Source: Marsupella aquatica (taxonomy: Eukaryota; Plantae; Marchantiophyta). From it: 64,000 nucleotides of DNA. A program made the translations under genes and the position numbers. A model generated the notes under the pieces. It was given only the letters and a program-made list of their open reading frames with translations, did not search any database and was not told the origin of the DNA. Below are positions 12,271-24,562 of the stretch, piece by piece. The stretch covers positions 16,182,576 through 16,246,575 of the forward strand of contig OZ316896.1 of the NCBI GenBank assembly GCA_973895155.1. The letters run 5' to 3'. Within the stretch, counting starts at the first letter, position 1, and every line of letters begins with the position of its first letter.

Positions 12271-14633
12271 TTATGTGCAATGGATATACTTTTTGATGAT
12301 TCCCATCATCTCAATACCTTGGAACCGTCCCAGGCAACCTCTGGCGGCAGCAATCTCATTGAATATTGCCACCGAATCTCCTGCCACTGGGGAGTGTTGG
12401 CAGTCATGAGTGGCTTTTGCATTCGCTCTTTCAGCAAGGGCTGCAAGGGCTGAAGATGCAACAATTGGCAGATTAATGGGGGACAGAGATGTGGCCAAGA
12501 TTGCTGCTTCACCTCCTCTGGCTTTCAAGAAATCATGTAAGTGACAAGTGGAGAAAGGGACGGGTTCAAAGCTGTGATCTCCATATTCAACTGGGGTTGA
12601 ATGATCCCCTGTTATTGCCAAGGTGTACTGGAACCGTCCATTTCTCTCCTCCTCCCAGAGCAAACGTGCAAGCTGTCCAATCATCACATCAACAGCTTCG
12701 AAGGCTCTTACTTTCAATTCGACAGCCTTGTCATGTCCAGCATCATCTATAGCCTGCAAAAGTTCTCCGAGACTAGTTAGGATTACAGACACAAGTTTCA
12801 AAATCATAAGGAAAAGAGGAGAGACTGACGGAATGAATGAATGTTTACGGTGCCCGGGGACCCAAAGAGGCATGAGATCAGCGATGTACAAAGATTAACC
12901 GCAGTCAGCTGAGAACCCTGAACAGAGACTTGAAAACACTAAATTTACCTTAATGTGAAGAAAGCCAAACTCGTATCCTTCAGGGCATCCAGGTCTAAGG
13001 TCCTCCTTTCCTGGGACAAAGATGCTTGGTGGTGACTTGGAAGGAGCTGCCAATGCACTGGCAATTGCCGTAGCCTTTGATGTCAAAAGGGTTCGATAAT
13101 CCCCCGTGGCACCTGGAGCATCCAGGATATCGATGCCTAAAGAGAGGCCCAAACCAGCGATAATTTTGGTGGGAGCGACCATACATGGGCGTAGGCCATG
13201 CTTACTTGCAAATGCTGGTACCTACATACATAAGTAAGGTATTACTTGGTTACAGACATTTATTAAAAGCTAAAAACATGTGTTGCTCAAAGAAAATGTG
13301 CTCGGTTGCACCTAGGATATCTGGAAATTGTCGGTGCATTAAATCCTCACCGCTACTTGATTGTTTGCTGTTACAAATGTAAGAGAAGAAAGCAAGACAC
13401 GCACCTCGATCCGAATTCCACAACCGCGAAGTAAAACAACATTTGCAATATTCTTTCCCTGGGCTTTGCGTTGGGCATTTAATGGATGTGATGACAGAAT
13501 ACGCCTCATTTCAGTAGAAAGCTCATTGACGACTGCTGCTGTATGCTTCGACTCCTCGGTCTCATCAAGGGCAGCAGAAACTTGCAAGAGTCGATTGTCC
13601 TTGAGAGGATCTGTGCCTGATATGTTCCCAGTCAAACCAGCACCTTTGACAACCACTCCACACCTATGTTCCGTTGCATATCTGAGCCACCGATCACCAC
13701 CACAGGGTCATGTCAGTCAGACTCAATGCTTCCCGATGTTAAACATTTGCCATGCTTACACAATGGTTCTAAGGAAGGCTAAAACGACGTAAGGAAAAGG
13801 TTTCCAGGAAAACAGATAAATCGCACTGACCAAATAAGAAGCTCATGTGCACCTTACACAAACCTGATACTTGGGATAAGAAGGCAACTTGAGCCCGTCA
13901 AGGGCAGCACATAGAATAGGACCCTCCTCTTCAAAACGCCGGTCCGCCCTCCTGCTCGTCACTGTCCCTGACCTCTCGTCTATAGTCGCAAAGTTGCTCT
14001 AAGAAAAAGAAAGAATCAGAAAATAGTCCTTGCATGCGGTTAAGATCCTCTGTCTGAGCAGAACTTCTGCAAAAAATGAAGGGGGAGATACATTCCATGC
14101 ATCTAACTGCAAAGAGGTAGAACACAGCCAACCTCAAATTACATGACAGCACCAGTCAAATCTCAGAAATTGGTTCCCGTAGTTCGTCCTAGGATCTAGC
14201 CAAGCCAAGCTACAAACATCCAATCGGGTGGTGGCCAGCATTCCAGAGAGAACTACAACATAGTTTTTTATAAAAAAACATGCTAGGGTTGAGGATATTC
14301 ACCCAGAATGCATACCTTGAATGCAATATCACCAGGTGACATGGCAAGCCCGGCTCCCAGGGATTCGAAAGCACCACGACCACGGTAATATGTGCGCGGA
14401 TCGTATCCCAACAAGGACAAATGCGCCGTGTCACTTCCGCAAGCGAGACCAGGCTCCACTGGATCCATTAGTCCGTTCACTCCTGCACTGGCTATGGCAT
14501 CCATGTTTGGCGTTGACGCTGCTTGCACCGGGGTACGAAATCCCAGGGATGGAATGCTCACATCCGCCAACCCGTCGACCAAGACCAGCACCACCCTCTT
14601 CTCAGGGCCACTTTCATTCTCAGCAATCGTCAT
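12271..14633 (-). CDS. Cofactor-independent phosphoglycerate mutase, archaeal ApgM type (metalloenzyme superfamily), 498 aa
   Basis: Five exons with GT-AG junctions: 14633-14316, 13998-13853, 13681-13405, 13221-12949, 12753-12271 (1497 nt, in frame). Motifs VLVDGLAD, CGSDTAHLSLLGYDP, YRGRGAFE, ATEHR, TDP, NVVLLRG, FLHIKAIDDAGHD, TGDHSTP and DHSFEPVP. Confidence 0.93.
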
Positions 14634-14918
14634 GCTTGTCTTCGTATAAAGTTCTGCTCTACTCTTTCTCTAATCTGCTGTCGTCGACTGATCAACCGGC
14701 TCTCGCTCCCAAATTCAAGAGAGGACTGAAACTGGCGATCACATGCAGAACGGGGTTCCCTCGCTTTGAAGTATCTGCCTGCCCAAATCCAAACCCAATT
14801 CGATGAAACCTAAGACATTCGACTGTCACCGCTCCAATCGAATTGAGAAAATCGTCGTGCGAAAAATGGTGTTTTACTCCAAATCCTCTGTTTTTGTCAC
14901 CCATACGTTTTTATTCTC

Positions 14919-14922
<4 letters not shown>

Positions 14923-14965
<43 letters not shown>
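14923..14965. repeat. (CT)n/(GA)n microsatellite upstream of the iPGAM gene
   Basis: Run of about 21 CT units. Confidence 0.9.
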
Positions 14966-14971
<6 letters not shown>

Positions 14972-16684
14972 GAAACTGTTCGTATTGTATTAGCTCGTAA
15001 GCAATTGGGCATTTTGTGAGAAACAACTTTCTTTGCACATGTTTTTTTGTTATACCTGTTTCCATACTTAGCTTACGAATTAAAGGCGATTTTCACTCTA
15101 CTTATTAGCTTGACTATTTCTCAACATGTATCGCCAATTAGAGATGAGATCCTGGCCAGTGCTCAGCCTAAAACTTTATGACAACATAACTGCCCCATCC
15201 CTTAACTTATTTTGTGATTGTACATTTCTTAGCGTCAACTAGGAAATAAAGTCTACCGAGTATTAAGCTTGCCACATGTGTCCAGATGACACATGTTTTT
15301 ACTGACTTCGTGATGCCCATGTCTTAGATTTATTTAATAAGACTAGCTCATTACGGGTGTGTTGCACAAGAGATGGTGCGGCATAAAAGAGGTAAATGTA
15401 AAACCAATTAGTGCACAAAAGATGGCGTGGCATAAAATATGTGTGTAAAAATGTTCTTGCCCAAAAGATTTTATGGCATAGGAGAAGTCGTTGGGGAAAA
15501 GATATCATTAATGTCGTGGAGGAAAAGATGTTACATAACAAAAGTTGTTCGACAAAAGAGTTACTTGTGTAAATGATGCCATTGCATACAAAAGAGATTG
15601 TTCCAGAACAGTGTTGTGTTTAGTAATTCATAGCTCAAAAAATGTTGCATAAAAGATGTCATTGCACAAAGATGTCCAGAAGGAAAAGACATTGTTATCT
15701 AAATGAAATTGTTACGTAAAAGATGTCAAAGGCAGGCACTCTGGCAGTCTCATAAGAGGCTATATTTGGCCTTCAAGAAGAAAATGTGAAAGATTGGCCC
15801 ACTTGACTCACAAAAATGAGTTCAGTTTCAATTTGTGTTAAATGTCACAAACAAGATAACTCAGGATTGACATTGATGGGCCACTTTTGGAGCTTTGTGT
15901 AATTGGTGCACAATACCTGTATAAGAGCTATGGGCAACCTGGAGTTTTTATTATACATTGCACCGTGAAAATTTCCTTAGGAATGGACTTGAGCTCCACC
16001 TTTTACAATCAGTACACTGTTCACCACAGGCAGGAGTGAGCAGTAGCCAGCAGGACTATGGCCCTTTTATAGAGGCAGGTGTGGTACATTGCCTCTGGTA
16101 AGAGCATCTCCAACGGTTACGCCATTTGCTTACGCTACACATTAAATACAGCGCACCTCCGCTGCTTTTTTTAGGTTGCGCTAAAGCCCATGCGGGGTTT
16201 GTCAAAGTGCAACCCCATCGGTTACGCCATTTTTTGTGCGCGCCATTTTATTTGGACACGCGTCCAGCTGTCCAGCAAAGACGTGGTTGCTTGTATTGTG
16301 TTCGCCCCCTCTCTTCACGGAGGTCCACTCCGCAATGGCAATGTCCGATGTTGGGCTTTGGACATATGTGTGTTGACCTCTCACATCCATAATTTGAGCT
16401 TCTTGCTTCAAAGGTTTGCACCCTTTCGTCCACTGGACTTGGCATGTTGCCATTGAAGGCACTTGTCCACATTGGCTGAAATTGCTGAAGTTCGGCTGAA
16501 ATTGCTCTGCGACATCGATGGCACACTGCATCACAATGTCTTGTGGATTCCGAAGGAATCACCTGAAGCTTCATGGACACATAAGTCGTCTCTTGCCATT
16601 TCAACATTCACAGTTGTGCTTGAATTGTCGATTGATTGGCAATTTCACATCCTATTCGTCAATCAGCATTTCTGTTTGTGAGCT

Positions 16685-18003
16685 ATGGATCCCCCTCAAT
16701 TTCAACAATGGGTAGTTGATCGAGTTGGGTCCGACGATGACATAGAGGATGTTCATGCTGATCACATCAGCAATCTCTTGGAGGAAGGAGACATGCTTGA
16801 AGAGATGGCAGAGGTCTTGAATAGAACACATGGAGGGTCGACAATTGGCCGCTCCCCAAATATTTTGCGCGATCATGTCTCAGGGCATGACAGGATTTGG
16901 GGAGACTACTTTTCATCCTTTGCAGCTTTTCCACCTCATTTGTTCAGGAGGAGGTTTCGTATGAGAAGAGATTTGTTTATACGTATTCACAACAAAATTC
17001 TTCAGGAGGATGAGTACTTTGTGCAGAAGCCTGATGCAACCGGGAAAGTAGGCCTCAGCAGCATTCAAAAAATGACTGCAGCACTCAGGATGATGTGCTA
17101 CGGCTCGGCAGGGGATGCTGTCGATGAGTATGTTCGGATTGGAGAGTCTACTGCAATTGCTGCATTCAAGCACTTTGTGGAAGCCATTGTGAATTGTTTT
17201 GGCGAGGAGTACCTTCGGCACCCTACAGAGGAGGATGTGAGAAGGCATATGGAGATCAATCGAAAGTGAGGATTTGTTGGGATGTTTGGGTCACTTGATT
17301 GCACCCATTGGACATGAAAGAATTGCCCAATGGGTGAACAAGGACAATTTCGAGACAAGGATGGGTTGAATTCAATTGTACTCGAAGCAGTTGCCACTTC
17401 AGACTTGTGGATATGGCATGCATTTGCTGGAATTCCAGGATCAAACAATGACATCAACATCATTGATAGATCTCCATTGCTGGTCAACTTGTTGAATGGA
17501 GTGGCTCCTAATGTTGCCTTCTCTGTTAACGGGCATGACTACAAAATGTTCTATCTTCTTGCAGATGGAATCTATCCAGATTACACAATCTTCATGAAGA
17601 CTATTGCAGATCCCCAAGGAGCCAAAAGGAAATGGTATGCCAAGAGACAAGAATCAGTGCGGAAGGATGTAGAACGATGCTTTGGTGTCTTGCAGGCCAG
17701 ATTTGCAATGGTTAAGAACCCAGCACGATGGTGGAGTAGAGATCAAATGACATTGATCTGGAAAGCTGCAGTCATCATGCACAATATGATCATTGAGGAC
17801 GAGGCTGATGAATTTGACTTGACACATGATTATATGTTCGATAGAAATGATGTCCAGTGGCAGCACAGGCCATGACCTCGTGTCTCTTTTGCAGGACTGA
17901 CTCACAATATGGGGCTTATCGCCAATGCAACAAATGCAAACCAACTTCGAGATGACCTGGTTGAACATCTATGCAGATTAGAGGTGACGACGATGAGGAG
18001 TGA
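16685..18003 (+). pseudogene. PIF/Harbinger DDE transposase (HARBI1/ALP1-like), inactivated
   Basis: Motifs FRRRFRM, GMFGSLDCTHW, LEAVATSDLWIWHAFAGIPGSNNDINI, YLLADGIYP, QESVRKDVERCFGVLQARF and MHNMIIEDE. In-frame stops at 17267, 17315 and 17873, plus a terminal frameshift. Confidence 0.9.
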
Positions 18004-18370
18004 CACTCCGAGTGATAGAGTGACGATTTGAGTGAGGGTACACATTAGACAGGGCCAAGCTTGACGTACAGAGTCTCTAGTTCGGAGGAATTGTATTTGA
18101 CTTTATTTATATAAATTTCTCCACCATACCTTTTACTTGTGCAAAATTGAAGGACTTCAATGGATTTCTGGAATGTGAGTTTATGAATGCCACGACAACC
18201 TAGTCATTCATCTCATATGAGGTTGCAAAGTACATTAAATCGCAATGCATTGACAATGCAATGAGCAGTAAGTTGTAGCTGGAATATCTGGTCCAGGCCA
18301 TATGAATAAATATCGTGATCAGACATACAATGTGTGCAATGGTTTGTGAAATGAATGTTCTGTTTGCACA

Positions 18371-18934
18371 CTACATGAAAGAGTACAAGTTTCTAATATC
18401 CTGGTATTGGAGAGCAGTCCCTGAAAAAGAATCCATCTGGTTCGGACTCTGACTGTCTAGGGGAGTATCGTTTTCATTTGCAAAGTCTCCTCCTACTGGA
18501 GGTGATTCCTCAATGTCCTCACCGTCGTCAGCATCCTCTTCATCTTCGATCCTTTCATCGCTCGGGAAGAGTGCAGAGTTGCATTCTCTGTTTGCAACAT
18601 TGGGCGAAATGTTCTCTTGGTGAACTGGAATCGTCGGTGAGAGCAAGGGTTCGTCCCTGGAGGTTTGCACAGATTTAAGGTGCTTCATGAGCTGTAACTC
18701 TGCCACCTCCCTCTTCAGTTTCAAAAACTTTTGAGCCTGCAGGTCCAGGTTGTCCATGTTCACAGAGAATAGCTGGATCTCATAAACATCCTCCATAGCA
18801 CGAGCCCTCCGATTCAAAGCAGCGGCAATCTCTGATGTGGAATCGGCCAATGAACTCCTGCTCTTGGCAGCCTTCCTTTCTAGAGCAGCCAACTCCTTGG
18901 CTTTCTTGTTACCAATTGGGCGATCAGTAACCAT
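18371..18934 (-). pseudogene. PIF/Harbinger ORF1 C-terminal part (NAM-associated-like domain), 5'-truncated
   Basis: RPIGNKKAK motif followed by a coiled segment and IQLFSVNMDNLDLQAQKFLKLKR. Convergent with the transposase. The N-terminal Myb/SANT part is not visible. Confidence 0.7.
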
Positions 18935-20898
18935 TTCTGGTGTAGCAATTTTGTTACGGTAACGGGGTTTAGGACATTTTCTGGTGGTCGCATTTTGTCA
19001 ATAGGACAGTTTTCTACCAGGAATAACTTGTGTGCCCAAAGAGATGGAGGAATACCCTTTTGGATTAATTTTCTAGGATCCTATCAAAAATTCTATAAAG
19101 AAATTGAGTTTGATACAATCATTCATGTGTGGCCCAATAAAAAAATCCTGCTCAGATGCTGAAATTTCTCCCATGCATTAAAGAATGGTGCTTTCTACAA
19201 GGGTTTGCTAGGTAAGAGCTGTAGCCGGTTTGCTCTATTGAGAGGTACCCAACTACAAATAAAAAAACTACAGAATTTCGTCCTTCTCTTAGAGAGGGCA
19301 TTGGGAGTAAAAAGCTTTACTGGCCATAGATTTTGGTGTAATGTGTTAATATTGAGGTCTCAAAAAATGGACGTCACGCATCATCTCCATGACTTTAAGA
19401 ATATTTGGGTACCAAGAGGAGCCCACTAGATGGAGCCACAATGGAATCTGACTCGAATCTGGCTCGTGTAACAAACTTGACGTACTCGCGTTGGAGTACT
19501 ACTCCAGATGAAAAATCCCCACTAATGATTTGAGTGGGGTAAGATCAACCTCGAATACTCGAGAAGGCTGAAGATCTATGGAACCCCAACCTAACTTTGC
19601 GCTCACCACAACCTGCATTTTTAAGACGTGCATCCAAGCCAGCTATTCAGCATTATAGGGTTTCTCAAGCCACGTCATGCCAAGGATAGTTTCTGCATAG
19701 CCTGCAAGAGATTGCTTAGTATTCCCAGCTCTATGAATACAGACCACCATTCCTTTGGTTGCATGTTTATGGCCCCAATTGTCAATTCACACGGTTGGAT
19801 TTTAACTACATGCGTAATGCTGTGGATCATTTCTGCACGTTAGTCACATGTTGGAATTTGACGACATGCTTACTGTTGTGGATCATTCCTACACGTTAGT
19901 GACCTGAATTTGACAGTTGGCCTAATTATACTGGAAGATATACCATATTTTCAGTTACAGTGCTGCACTATCTATGTAATTCCTTGTTGCACTTTCTTTG
20001 ACAGACCATTTCCAGGTCGTGTATCTGTGCCATATTTTCTAATGAAACTGGTCGTTGGTTTTCGATTTGTGGTCAAGTTGCCTATACTTTAATCAAGTCA
20101 GCAACTAACCAAGCTTGCCAACAAAGCTCCACATCACATGTGCAACGAACCCCTCAATACAATCAACCTGTACAGCCTATTCAAAAGTGCGCGGTTCACT
20201 TGCAGGAGATCAGTAGGCTATTGTGATGCAAGTTCCGTACTTGTATCTTGAACTTCTGTTATACATTTAATTCTCCTCAATCATAGTACTATCCATTGTC
20301 ATAGTTTCTTCTAATACCACACGAGGAAGTGGTCACACTGCACCATTATGTACTAGTCTGCCTATGCTTCTATTTGTGATATTGTGGACATAAAGTTTGA
20401 AAACAAGATCACTTCCGATGCCAGCGACTTTCCTCTCTACCTTAAGATCAGCAACCCCCATCGGCTTACCAACTCAGCTGTCCCCCTGTTGGGGAAACAA
20501 ACAATTGTGTCCCACGGATTGACAATTTTCAGAACATGAAGATCGTTTGGAGAGCTATGGATTCTTATATTGCAGCGTAAATTGAACGGTTGAACTCTAG
20601 TAAAGCAAAAGAGAAACCCTTCCTCGTGAACAGAAGGTGCTAACCATCTGAAGTCACATGTGTATTTGTGAGCCATAGCAGTGGGTTCGGAAGGTCTGTC
20701 AATGGAGGAAATTACGATGAGCTGAAGGAAGTAGGAATTCTACCCCATGGGCCGGACAATCCCTTCATGGATCTCATTCCTACTTTACTTCTCGGATACT
20801 ATCCAGCGAGGTGAACGTATCCTCCCAAAATACACAGCAAAACTGTGAGAACGCCCTCAACTGCTTGCATCACGAGTTGTCTCTGATGCAAGATTCAC

Positions 20899-22167
20899 TC
20901 AGACTAACATGTCCTCGAAATCAGCATCGAAGATTAAGTCTCCATCTTTGCTCGACAGTGCCCTTGCTTCTGCAAGCAACTCCTCCACGTCCAAAAACTT
21001 CTCTTCGTTGGCATTATTCTTCTGCATAAGAACGGGCACAGATTAGTCGAAGTTGGAAGGTCAGCAGGACAAGGCGAGGTATGTCTGTCTTCCCACCATA
21101 ACAGAAATGGGGTCACATCGTCCATCTCGACTGTCTCTTTCGCAAAGAAATGAGACTTCGAAGTCATTGACGAGTGTTACAGTTTGCTAGGTGAAGCATA
21201 ACGACTTGTCCACGCTTTCCGACTCGATGAGGAACTACAACTCTCCGAAGCGTACTTCCAAATACTTTTTTCACTCTGCTAGGACTACCTGTTGTAAGCA
21301 GTAAATATATAAAGAACAGAGAAGTAATGATTTAGAGCAACTTACCACAGTCTCTGGATAGATGTTCACTACGTCAGAGATGACATCTCGGGAAATGGTT
21401 CCAGCCATCTGATACCAATCAATCAATTGTTAGATCATCTTCGAGATGTAAGGTCTCTATGTCTGAACACATCTTCTCCTTTCCAATGTTCAAAGCAGGG
21501 CAACGCAACCTCTCACGGAAGAACACGGAAGAATGGCTAAGCTGAGACGGAGATAGGGCATAGGCAGATGCCTTCCATTAACAGCATCTAACCCAACGCG
21601 AGCGATGGAATGCAAGGCAGACACAATTCAAGACAATGTACCAAAGCTGCCTACGATATCACTCCTTTTAATCACTTCATAAATTGGAAAGAAAGAAAAA
21701 AAACACTGAGACAACACCCAATGCAAATTCATCCGTGTCACGATACCCACCTGGCCTGTCTCGTACTTAGCCTCGAACTCCTGCATGGTCTTCTGCGCCA
21801 CCAGAACCTCGAATTCTTTGCCTATGCCAGACATGTCAGCAGTGGAATCATCCTTGCTAAGCCCGTGGCTGCTGCATTTGCCACTGCTCTGCCCTCCGTC
21901 GCCTCCGCCACTGCCTCCACAACAACTACTCTTCCCCTCAACCCCTCCGTCAGAGGCAGCACAGTGAACAATTCGTCGCCCCTGTCTTCTACCACTACGC
22001 ATCAAACTCAGTCCACAACCAACACGCGATTGAAAGGGGACAGTAGTTCGATTTTGCACCATTACTCCGGCTTGCTGCGACGTCGTAGTAGTCCGCCCAG
22101 AGAACGACGCCGAAGCTCCTTCCACGGAGATTCTAGTGGGGAGCGCACAGCACAGGGTGGCCGCCAT
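20899..22167 (-). pseudogene. Four-exon gene for a plastid-targeted protein of unknown family, with three premature stops
   Basis: Exons 22167-21751 (MAATLCCALP... transit-peptide-like ...HCAASDG...YETGQ), 21408-21346, 21288-21097 and 21021-20899, all phase-0 GT-AG. Exon 3 carries TGA (21271-21273), TAG (21235-21237) and TAG (21187-21189). Confidence 0.7.
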
Positions 22168-22511
22168 CGCTACCAATTCACCCGTCCAAACCGTCTGCTC
22201 CGAAATGGAGTTCCGCAATGGCGAAGCTCAGTCGAGCACGAAGAACGAGTGGGTGAGAGAAAGACTATCGGATATTGCTGGCATTCAGGAGCACTCGAGA
22301 GGTCGATCGCGCATTGAAGCTTTCGAAGGAGTATTGTCGCGAGAAGTGCAGTCACTCCATCGAGAACTGAGCGAAAGGTGGGGAACGAAGAAGAGGATAA
22401 GAGGGGTTCCATAACAATTATTGGGAAGCTGTTCGTAGCGAATGGAGAAGCTCGGCTGGCCAATAGGTTGGCGATCCTTGATTGCTGCTAGTTTTACTTT
22501 CTTCCAATATC

Positions 22512-22698
22512 GAAACTACGTTTTTCACTATCCTATCCCCCAAACTGGTCTAAATTTAAGTCCCCCTCATTTCTCCACTTTCAATGTGGGAGTGAATTAG
22601 CTTGGAAACTAAGTTTTTCACTATCCTATCCCCCAAACTGGTCTAAATTTAAGTCCCCTCATTTCTCCACTTTCAATGTGGGAGTGAATTAGCTTGGA
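22512..22698. repeat. Near-perfect 93-bp tandem duplication next to the Copia 5' LTR
   Basis: gaaacta(c/a)gtttttcactatcctatcccccaaactgg...gtgaattagcttgg occurs twice. Confidence 0.9.
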
Positions 22699-22711
22699 CT
22701 TGTTACAAGCC

Positions 22712-23056
22712 TCTTAGGATTTATTCTTAGGTTTAGAGTCACGACTGTACCGTAGTTAAGGCTAACCTTAGTCGCAGACTTGGTTAGGTTAGTCATGTTG
22801 TGCACACTCTATAACCAAGCGGTGTTTGCTTGGAGAGTGGGAACTTAGGCTCATTGTTACGGAGCTAGTTGAGAGATAGAGAGAGCTTGTGTTGTGGACA
22901 CTTGGTATGGCCGGTCGACCTAGAGTGCAGTAAAGCTCTTCTATGTTCCCGTGGACATAGCCTCATGTGAAGGTGAACCACGTATCTCTCTGTGTCGACT
23001 CTTGTGCATTGGATGGTTCATGGGCTTGCCGTTACGATTGTCGTCTATGCTCAACA
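22712..23056 (+). repeat. Copia 5' LTR
   Basis: Aligns end to end with 30921-31263 and ends in TCAACA. The first dinucleotide is not TG (mutated or deleted). Confidence 0.9.
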
Positions 23057-23058
23057 AT

Positions 23059-23070
23059 TGGTATCAGAGC
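23059..23070 (+). promoter_or_regulatory. Primer-binding site (initiator tRNA-Met)
   Basis: TGGTATCAGAGC two bases after the LTR end. Confidence 0.9.
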
Positions 23071-24562
23071 ATGCCTGGGAGGGGATGAGGTTTTTTTTGT
23101 GACGGTTTTCCAGCGTCGATGTTGCATTTGGAGTTTCGTCACTTGAAACTCGAATGTGTGTGGCTGAGCGGATAGATTAGTGAGAGGGCTTTCTATCGGT
23201 GTATAGAACTCACTAGTTGGTATCCGTGGTGCGGAGGAATCAGAGTTTGCGTAGTTCTGAAGGTTTTTCGTGTCGACGGTTTTTGGGGGGAGAGACCATA
23301 GTTCAAGTTTCCAATGGTGTGAGTTGTGTGGTGCGGGAGGCGTTGCATGTTATAGCTCAAGTTGGAGGTTGAAGCGAGTTGATCGTTTCGGTAGCTGATT
23401 TTCTGTCGAGTGGTTACCGAGTGTGTCGTGACGATTGAAAGAGGCGTTCAGATTTTTTCACAGGCTATGGAGCTTGTCCCCATCTAAACTGGGTTTCACA
23501 TCGTGACATCCAACTTGAAGAAAGAAACGCGAAGTGCTGGGGCTCAATGGTGAGATCGCGGAGCAGTGGTCATTTTGAGTCCGGGATTGGCACTTGACGC
23601 GGAGAGAGTGAGTTGCGACGGAAGGTTTTTCCTCTGCGTGCAAACGACGCCGGTTCAATTCGGCAACTTTTTCCGTCGGCAGTCGTCATTTCTCTCGTGT
23701 AAAGCAGCTACATTTAAGGTATGTAATCAATAAAAAGTTTCCTTAGGGTCAAATTTTTTTGTTTAATGGGGGTTAGTGGGCGTTTTGTGTGTTTATACAC
23801 ACACCAACGTGTGTACATACACACTCTCACGCCCGACCGGCCCCGATACCCCCTTCGCGCTCCCCATCCTTTTGTGTACGCTACCGCAGCCGCGGCCGCG
23901 ATCCTTCACGCAGCCTCGACCGGCGCCAAACCCGCAGCCCGTGGGTTGTAACCCCCCCCCGACCCGCCCCCATCGGCCCTTTGCCTCTCGTCGGAGCTCG
24001 CAAGCCACGGCTTGCAGCCCCGTCCCTACGCCCTTCGCAGCTGCGACGGCTGCCCCACCGCACCCCGTCCCTTATAACCGGCCCGGCCATGCAGGAGTAT
24101 GGCTTTTCTATTGGTTCTCTCGATCCCGGTGACCCCCGGTTTTAACTGCTTGGACAGGGAGAATGGCCCCCTGTGAGACCTGCGGTACTGTACGGAGAAT
24201 ATTCCCAAAAAACAAAGAGCTGTTTTTTGGCCGTCCGACAAAGATTCCGCGCACCAAATGGTAACTTTTTTGGTTCTTTTTCGGCGAGGTTGTAGCCATT
24301 GAAGTTAGCAACACGGCGCACCAATCAAATTGCAATTCCAATGACGGGTTGTACTTGGCATTTCGGTTATTCCTTGAGGTGGTCAAAACGGGGGAGTTTT
24401 CCAAGGTTAAACCCCGACCAAAATTTGAATATCTTTTCCGTCAAATTTTGATTTTAATTTTGGTTTTCAGTGTTGGACTCCTAGCTTTGTGGGCTACGCG
24501 GCGGTGATTAGTTTTGAGTTTTTTGAGAAGTTGTGAAAAATGACATTTTTTGTGATTTTCTC

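Larger units (their letters stand above)
16102..18940 (+). mobile_element. PIF/Harbinger DNA transposon, decayed, right end missing
   Basis: TAA (16099-16101) followed by a typical PIF/Tourist TIR, GAGCATCTCCAAC. Carries a transposase on + and the convergent ORF1 C-terminus on -. No matching right TIR with a TAA/TTA flank was found. Confidence 0.85.

Noticed and set aside
21610-22317. 235-aa plus-strand ORF
   Set aside because: Antisense shadow of the GC-rich first exon of the plastid-protein pseudogene.
23766-24145. Cluster of overlapping Pro/Arg/Ala-rich ORFs
   Set aside because: By-product of the GC-rich island in the Copia leader.
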